In this document: positions 58,477 to 64,000 of the stretch, piece after piece
Layout of the letters: each line of letters starts with the position of its first letter
Numbering within the stretch: the first letter of the stretch is position 1
From: Bacteroidota bacterium
GTDB lineage: Bacteria; Bacteroidota; Bacteroidia; UKL13-3
Direction of reading: 5' to 3'
DNA length: 64,000 nucleotides
Assembly: GCA_027491355.1 (NCBI GenBank)
Contig: JAIXWI010000006.1
Location: 318 to 64,317 of the forward strand
Made by a program: the position numbers and the translations under genes
Notes under the pieces: model-generated
Seen by the model: only the letters and a program-made list of their open reading frames with translations
Databases searched by the model: none
Told to the model about the DNA's origin: nothing

Positions 58477-59128
58477 ATTCTCCTTTTATGGGTTTGTTTG
58501 TAAAATAATCGTGTACACTTTTGCAGGTTCCGTTAACTGTTTCTTCAAACATTTTGGTCAATTCTCTACTTACAGATAAAGGTCTATCTTCACCTAAGTA
58601 TTCTATTAATTGTTGAAGTGTTTTTAGTAACCTGTGTGGGCTTTCATACAAAATACAAGTGCGTGGTTCATTGGTTAAGTGCTTCAATGCAGTTTGCCTC
58701 CCCTTTTTTTCAGGTAAAAAACCTATAAAACTAAATTCATCACAGGGGAATCCACTTTTAACCAGGGCAGGAACAAACGCAGTTGGTCCTGGTAAGCAAT
58801 CAATTTCTAATTCATTTTCTTGACAGGCTCTGGCCAATAAGAATCCAGGATCACTGATACCAGGAGTTCCAGCATCGCTAACTTGTGCAATGATTTTACC
58901 TGATTTCAAATCTTCAATCACTTGTTGAATCAGTTTATGTTCATTGTGGGCATGAAAAGGCTTGAGCGTATTCGAAATTTGGTAATGCGAAAGTAATTTA
59001 CCTGTTTGTCTGGTATCTTCAGCTAGGATGTAATCAACCTCTTTCAGAATTCTTAGAGCCCTGAGCGTAATATCTTCTAAATTACCGATAGGGGTGGGCA
59101 CTAAATAAAGCTTTCCTGATTGCAACAT
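58448..59128 (-). CDS. rsmI: 16S rRNA (cytidine1402-2'-O)-methyltransferase
   Basis: LYLVPTPIGNLEDIT, AEDTR, SDAGTPGISDPG, YESPHR, RELTKMFEE. Confidence 0.95.
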   Translation of the reverse strand: MLQSGKLYLVPTPIGNLEDITLRALRILKEVDYILAEDTRQTGKLLSHYQISNTLKPFHAHNEHKLIQQVIEDLKSGKIIAQVSDAGTPGISDPGFLLARACQENELEIDCLPGPTAFVPALVKSGFPCDEFSFIGFLPEKKGRQTALKHLTNEPRTCILYESPHRLLKTLQQLIEYLGEDRPLSVSRELTKMFEETVNGTCKSVHDYFTNKPIKGEFVIVVGHQK

Positions 59129-59198
59129 GTTACAAATTAAGCAGCTTTATCTTAATTTTTATAAATTGCAAAATTAAAAGGTCAATACCATAACCAAA

Positions 59199-59975
59199 AT
59201 GAATCGTATATACAAAAGATTGGAAGTTTATGTGCTGTATTTTTACGAATACCTTAGGTATGGAGAATTCGCTTCTTTGTACCAGGCCTTCGTGTTTATT
59301 TTTACAGGAAAAACTTCCACAAAACAAAAAGTTGTTAGGTCAAGCATGGGACAATTTTTGGTTAGAGCCAAGACTTTAGACTTCCAGTACATCAATTATG
59401 CTTATGAGATAGATATCAAGCGATTTTTAATGCGTGAACAGTTTGATGTTTTTTTGGATATTGGTGCTTGTTTGGGTGAATATTCTATTTGGCTGGGCAA
59501 AAATGGTAAAAAATGTTTGGCTTTTGAACCTGTAGTAGAGAGCTTTCAGATGATTGAGCACAATATTCAATTGAACAATGTTTCAAATCAAGTACAAGCG
59601 TTCAATTATGGTTTGGGCAATCAAAATACCATTGCAAACTTTAAAATTAACCAAACCAATCCAGGAGCGAGTAAAAGAGTAAAAGACAAAGATAGCAATA
59701 CATCTGAATTACAAATTTGTAAGTTAGATGATGTTTTTGAGCAATTCAATATCTATCCAGATCAGCGTATCGTCATTAAAATTGATGTTGAAGGAATGGA
59801 AGTTGAAATGTTAGAAGGCGCCAAGAATTTTATCAAAAAGTATCCGCAAATAGTACTCATCATTGAGGAAAAACTATCGGGTGAAGGCGAAATTTTAAAT
59901 GTATTGAACCAAATCAGTAAGTTTGAATATGGAACCATTGACCAATTCAATATTTACGCCAGAAAACTAGCTTAA
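59199..59975 (+). CDS. FkbM family methyltransferase
   Basis: FLDIGACLG, AFEP, IKIDVEGME. Confidence 0.9.
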   Translation: MNRIYKRLEVYVLYFYEYLRYGEFASLYQAFVFIFTGKTSTKQKVVRSSMGQFLVRAKTLDFQYINYAYEIDIKRFLMREQFDVFLDIGACLGEYSIWLGKNGKKCLAFEPVVESFQMIEHNIQLNNVSNQVQAFNYGLGNQNTIANFKINQTNPGASKRVKDKDSNTSELQICKLDDVFEQFNIYPDQRIVIKIDVEGMEVEMLEGAKNFIKKYPQIVLIIEEKLSGEGEILNVLNQISKFEYGTIDQFNIYARKLA

Positions 59976-60592
59976 TGTACTTGTTTTTTTTTCTCTTTTA
60001 GCCAGTTTCTAATAATTGGAATGGATGTTACCAAAATAAAACCAATTACAATCCAATCTAAATAATTTTGGGCTTCAGGAAAGAACTTAGCAGTATAGTA
60101 GCCACCTGAAACAATGCTCAAAGGCCAAAAAACTGCGCCTAATACATTGTAAAAAGTAAACATCAGTGGATTTACTTTTACAACACCCGCTAAAATTGGA
60201 GCAAAGGTTCTTACAATAGGTAAAAAGCGTCCCATGACCAATGCCAAGCCACCATATTTTTTGTAAAAACGCTCTGCAGTTTCAATGTATTTCTTTTTAA
60301 AAAACAATGTGTCGGGTTTATTATACAATGTTTGACCTGTTTTGATGCCGAACAAGTAACCAGCATAATAGCCAAGCAATGCTGCAACACTGATACCTGC
60401 AATTAACTCGGTTAAAGGTATACTCAGAATATTAAGATAGCAGAGTAAACCCGCAGTAAATAAGAGGGAGTCACCAGGTAGAAAAAAACCAAAAAAGATT
60501 CCATTTTCTAAAAAAACAATTGTTAAGAGCAAAAACTTGCCGCCATAACGAATGAGTTCTTCAGGTTTAAAAATGTCCCAGATACTTTCCAA
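59972..60592 (-). CDS. DedA family membrane protein
   Basis: FLENGIFFGFFLPGDSLLF, GRFLPIVRTFAPILAG. Confidence 0.93.
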   Translation of the reverse strand: MESIWDIFKPEELIRYGGKFLLLTIVFLENGIFFGFFLPGDSLLFTAGLLCYLNILSIPLTELIAGISVAALLGYYAGYLFGIKTGQTLYNKPDTLFFKKKYIETAERFYKKYGGLALVMGRFLPIVRTFAPILAGVVKVNPLMFTFYNVLGAVFWPLSIVSGGYYTAKFFPEAQNYLDWIVIGFILVTSIPIIRNWLKEKKKQVH

Positions 60593-60659
60593 GTTTTAGC
60601 AATTAATGCTACGATATAGTCAGATTTTTTGGTTAAAACAAATCAGGAAGCTCTTGTGC

Positions 60660-61166
60660 TTATTTAAAACCGATTGAATTTTTGCCTTTTTCTACTTTTT
60701 CGGCTTTTATCAGAACTTCTTCTTTCATTTTGGTTTTGTAAGCATCCATTTTATCTGCAAGATTGCTATTTGAAGTGCCTAAAATTTGAATGGCCAATAA
60801 ACCAGCATTTTTTGCATTGTTGATGGCAACTGTAGCAACAGGCACACCACCTGGCATTTGAACAATTGAAAGCAATGAGTCTAGACCCGATAAAGTTTTT
60901 AATTGAACAGGCACACCAATAACAGGTAAACTGGTACATGCAGCAACCATTCCTGGCAAATGTGCAGCACCACCAGCGCCAGCAATGATGACTTTTATTC
61001 CTCTCTGTCTTGCAGAATTGGCATATTCAAACATTCTTTCAGGAGTTCTGTGCGCAGAAACCACCGTCATTTCGAAGTCAATTCCGAAATCTTTCAAAAC
61101 TATGGCGGCCTCATTCATGACCTCCAAGTCACTATCAGAACCCATGATAATTCCTATCTCTTTCAT
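60660..61166 (-). CDS. purE: N5-CAIR mutase
   Basis: [37 protein letters not shown]. Confidence 0.97.
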   Translation of the reverse strand: MKEIGIIMGSDSDLEVMNEAAIVLKDFGIDFEMTVVSAHRTPERMFEYANSARQRGIKVIIAGAGGAAHLPGMVAACTSLPVIGVPVQLKTLSGLDSLLSIVQMPGGVPVATVAINNAKNAGLLAIQILGTSNSNLADKMDAYKTKMKEEVLIKAEKVEKGKNSIGFK

Positions 61167-61206
61167 GAAAGATATTTTATATGATTTTGGTTCAATAATT
61201 TAAGGC

Positions 61207-61539
61207 TTATGCCTCTTCTTCTTCAGTTCTTTCAATACCTTCCATTAAATCTCGGATTTCTCTGAGTTCTTCTTGGTTGTATTTGTTGCCAAAATCGGCC
61301 AATAAATCTAGAAAGTATTCTAAGTTAGCTTTACTGTCTTCTTCCTCTAAAAACAAGAAACTATAGCTACCATTGTTTTCAATGTCTTCATAAGCCAAAC
61401 GAATCATTTTAACCAAACCTGGTTCTTTTAAATGGTCTTTGAAGTAAGTTCTTAACTCTTTGAGCAAATCAACAACATTTGATTGGTCTTCATTGCTTTT
61501 GCTTAGTTCTTTTTTAATTTTTGAAATAATTTCTTTCAT
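61207..61539 (-). CDS. Hypothetical acidic helical protein
   Basis: Clean ORF upstream of purE with a TAATTTTG -7 box; LKELR...EPGLVKMIRLAYEDI...NKYNQEEL. Confidence 0.7.
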   Translation of the reverse strand: MKEIISKIKKELSKSNEDQSNVVDLLKELRTYFKDHLKEPGLVKMIRLAYEDIENNGSYSFLFLEEEDSKANLEYFLDLLADFGNKYNQEELREIRDLMEGIERTEEEEA

Positions 61540-61975
61540 GTGATGGGAATTATACATTGCAAAATTAAGTTTTTTGCGCGCTTAAAAGGAATAATATTTT
61601 AAAATATGAAAAATGGTGTCTAGACAATGCGCTTATTGGGCATAGCCAATTTGTTTATGCATATGGCTTGGTGCGGACATTGCAATTTTAAACATGGAGT
61701 TTGGAGTAAACAAATTGTTTACATGGAATTGTCTTAGTCAGTTGGTTAATTACTTTAGTTAAATATACTTTTCAAGTACCTTCAAACAAATTAGAATACA
61801 TTTAAAATGGAGTACCGTTTACAGTTATTGAGCTAAAGACCATTCAAGTGGTACTTTCTTTCTGACTATTTGTTTGAGTATATGTCTTAGATATCAAAGA
61901 AACCTTACAGATTAAACAGCCAATAAGTTTTCTATTTGTTCATTTAGTTGCTTGGATAATTTTGAGGAAATAAAT

Positions 61976-61998
61976 AAAAAAACCCGTTTCCGGGTTTT
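61976..61998 (-). terminator. Rho-independent terminator after gcvH
   Basis: AAAACCCG-TTTC-CGGGTTTT with an A-run giving the U-tract on the minus strand, 6 nt after the gcvH stop. Confidence 0.8.
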
Positions 61999-62004
61999 AA
62001 TGTA

Positions 62005-62385
62005 TTATGCTCCAATTAAAGATTTATAAGCTTCAACGCTCATCAGTCCGGCAATCTCATCTTGGTTGCCAATTTTAACTTTGATCATCCAACCATTTTC
62101 ATATGGTTCACTGTTTACCAATTCAGGTGAACCATCCAATTGTGGGTTTATCTCCATCACCTCGCCAGTTAAAGGCATGAATAAGTCACTAACAGTTTTT
62201 ACGGCTTCAACAGTTCCGAATACATCGTGTTGACCAACTGTTTTACCTTTACTGTCAATATCAACATAAACAATATCACCCAATTCTTTTTGGGCAAAAT
62301 CAGTAATACCAACAGTAGCAACATCACCATCAACACGAACCCATTCGTGGTCTTTGGTATAATAGAGATTTTCAGGTAAATTCAT
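62005..62385 (-). CDS. gcvH: Glycine cleavage system H protein
   Basis: YTKDHEW, GITDFAQKELGD, lipoyl-Lys in VEAVKTV, PYENGWM. Start moved to MNLPEN. Confidence 0.96.
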   Translation of the reverse strand: MNLPENLYYTKDHEWVRVDGDVATVGITDFAQKELGDIVYVDIDSKGKTVGQHDVFGTVEAVKTVSDLFMPLTGEVMEINPQLDGSPELVNSEPYENGWMIKVKIGNQDEIAGLMSVEAYKSLIGA

Positions 62386-62464
62386 TTTTGCGATTAATTT
62401 ATTTGCACGCAATTTAAGTTTTATCAGTCAATAAAAAAACGGCAATCGTTGCACTTGGCAATAA

Positions 62465-63154
62465 TTACCCGAGTGTTTTTTTGGAAAAAACAGCCTCCAT
62501 AACAGTTATTGGAATTAGCAAGCAGCTGAGCGCATAAATAAAATCTTCAATAGGGATAGTAATGAAACGGATACCTATAATGTCTTCAGAACTGTACCAA
62601 ACAATAGGATTGGGTGTGATTGCGCCTGTTAATACACCATTAATGATAATAAAAGGCAACAAATGGACTAAATATGCTATCCAAAAATAAGCCATGTACG
62701 CTTTCTTGAAATAAAACTGATGGGATGCCAACAAAACAAAAGCAATGCTTGTATTCACCAGGGTGTAAGTTTTGTCATTGAAAAAAAACAATGCTATTAA
62801 ACATAAAAACAGTCCCATATAGTTGAAAACACTTACCCAATTTTTACTCATCCCATTTTTAAGATATACCTTCAAACAAGCATAAATAAATACACTTGCA
62901 TAAGGCACAACAATAAAGAAACTAAATTCCTCAATGGGCAAACCCCAAAACTTCAAAGAAGAGGAGTAATCAGGGTTAAATCCCCAAATTTTTTGTTGCG
63001 TAAACCAAATGTCCCAAATTATAAATAACAAAGCGTTTGATAAAATACCAAAGGACAATGCTTTCCATTGCTTGTAAAAGGCCACTTTTTTATCAAATGA
63101 CAATGCAAGAGGACCTGCAATAGAAAGTAACATCAGCCAAGCATATAGCGTCAT
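62465..63154 (-). CDS. crtY: Membrane lycopene cyclase, fused CrtYcd type
   Basis: Two repeats of the PIEE/PIED motif (GLPIEEFSFF, TIPIEDFIY), WDIW, multiple TM helices. Confidence 0.85.
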   Translation of the reverse strand: MTLYAWLMLLSIAGPLALSFDKKVAFYKQWKALSFGILSNALLFIIWDIWFTQQKIWGFNPDYSSSLKFWGLPIEEFSFFIVVPYASVFIYACLKVYLKNGMSKNWVSVFNYMGLFLCLIALFFFNDKTYTLVNTSIAFVLLASHQFYFKKAYMAYFWIAYLVHLLPFIIINGVLTGAITPNPIVWYSSEDIIGIRFITIPIEDFIYALSCLLIPITVMEAVFSKKTLG

Positions 63155-63603
63155 TAGTTTGAACTGTTAGGGTTTTTCCAATATTTGAGAGGAACAATGA
63201 GCATTCCAAAATTTTCACCTTGTTCTTTTTGCAGGTGCTTGTGGTGAATTTTATGTGCCCGTCTTATTGCTTTGATATACCTATTGTTTGAATGGGTAAA
63301 ATATTTAAATCGTTGGTGAATGATGATTTCATGTACAATAAAATAGGCCAATCCATACAGTGAAATGCCAATACCAATGTAAAATCTGAAATCATGGTAC
63401 ATGCTACCTGTAATGTAACAATAGGCACTTGGTATGGCAAAAATTAAAAAGAAGGCATCATTTTTTTCAAAAAAACCAGGTTCCACCTGATGGTGGTCTT
63501 TGTGTAAATACCATAACAAGCCATGCATGATATATTTATGAGTGAACCATGCAACAAATTCCATTGCAATAAAAGTAAATAAGACAACCAGTAAATTCAT
63601 CAT
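63154..63603 (-). CDS. crtZ: Beta-carotene hydroxylase
   Basis: His boxes HKYIMHG, HKDHH, HEIIIH, HKIHH; FEKND. Confidence 0.9.
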   Translation of the reverse strand: MMNLLVVLFTFIAMEFVAWFTHKYIMHGLLWYLHKDHHQVEPGFFEKNDAFFLIFAIPSAYCYITGSMYHDFRFYIGIGISLYGLAYFIVHEIIIHQRFKYFTHSNNRYIKAIRRAHKIHHKHLQKEQGENFGMLIVPLKYWKNPNSSN

Positions 63604-63641
63604 AAAAAACAAACAAGTTAATAGAAAAAATGTTTCCTAAG

Positions 63642-64000
63642 TTACAAATTTAGGCTAACAAAAAAGAGCAATTGAAGCAAGTATAAAAAAGTAGCATACT
63701 TGCTTTTGTTGTGCAGTTGTTGTTGTACAATCCAATAACAAAAAACAAAACCAAAAAAGAACCAAGCAGTATAATTTTGAAGCGGAATGATTCCCCCGTC
63801 CCATTCCCAGAAACCAAGTATTGGAGCGATGGGTTCAATAAACACATCAGTTAATACCATTAATAAGCCTCCTAAAATAGAGGCAATCAACTGATTCAAT
63901 TTAATTTTGAATTTTTGTGCGAACCATTCTACTACACTGATACTTGAAAAACTAACCAAAACCCAATTCACACCAATTAATATTGGTGTTTCCAATAATT
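63642..64000 (-). CDS. cruF: Carotenoid 1',2'-hydratase CruF-like protein (5' end outside window)
   Basis: TPILIGVNW, DVFIEPIA...FWEW...IPLQNYTAW; frame stays open to the window edge. Confidence 0.75.
   Translation of the reverse strand, partial: LLETPILIGVNWVLVSFSSISVVEWFAQKFKIKLNQLIASILGGLLMVLTDVFIEPIAPILGFWEWDGGIIPLQNYTAWFFFGFVFCYWIVQQQLHNKSKYATFLYLLQLLFFVSLNL

Noticed and set aside
20865-59128. Two RsmI-like genes as a novelty
   Set aside because: A second RsmI-like tetrapyrrole-methylase paralogue is common in Bacteroidota.
59199-59975. FkbM methyltransferase as part of a hidden glycan or defence locus
   Set aside because: Isolated among housekeeping genes with no supporting neighbours or repeats.
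609-63847. Numerous 60-160-aa ORFs antisense to or nested in called genes (e.g. 4552-4935, 20204-20572, 38474-38902, 47873-48358)
   Set aside because: Shadow ORFs of well-supported genes, with no motifs and atypical composition.

Overview
This window is from a compact, AT-rich Bacteroidota chromosome. Support for that assignment: TAnnTTTG -7 promoter boxes ahead of many genes, A-rich translation starts without Shine-Dalgarno sites, and proteins with type IX secretion C-terminal domains. From about 3.6 kb to the end it is densely packed core and metabolic genes. These include carotenoid genes split over two loci (crtD, crtI, crtB, idi; cruF, crtZ, crtYcd), a minimal phenylacetate locus (TetR, paaABC, plus a distant paaG and a half-PaaH), purQ, purE, recR, dxs, suhB, xth, hrpB, prfC, asd, lnt, rsmI, gcvH, a PAS-domain two-component pair, an SCO/cytochrome c operon and a rhodanese/thioredoxin cluster. 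The first 3.5 kb is an accessory zone downstream of tRNA-Phe(GAA), holding a Fic-HTH gene, an orphan DUF433 antitoxin and a frameshifted gene. The most interesting signal there is non-coding. A 17-bp hairpin repeat occurs 5 times and forms GNA triloops on the minus strand. It sits in a roughly 90-bp three-hairpin module whose diverged copy shows compensatory base-pair changes, and it is accompanied by 11-12-bp direct-repeat doublets. One copy appears to cut off the DUF433 partner toxin gene after four codons. This looks like a tRNA-anchored, hairpin-delimited recombination or cassette site, but no recombinase lies in the window, so the mechanism is inference only. All calls were made by eye from sequence motifs; no database search was run.
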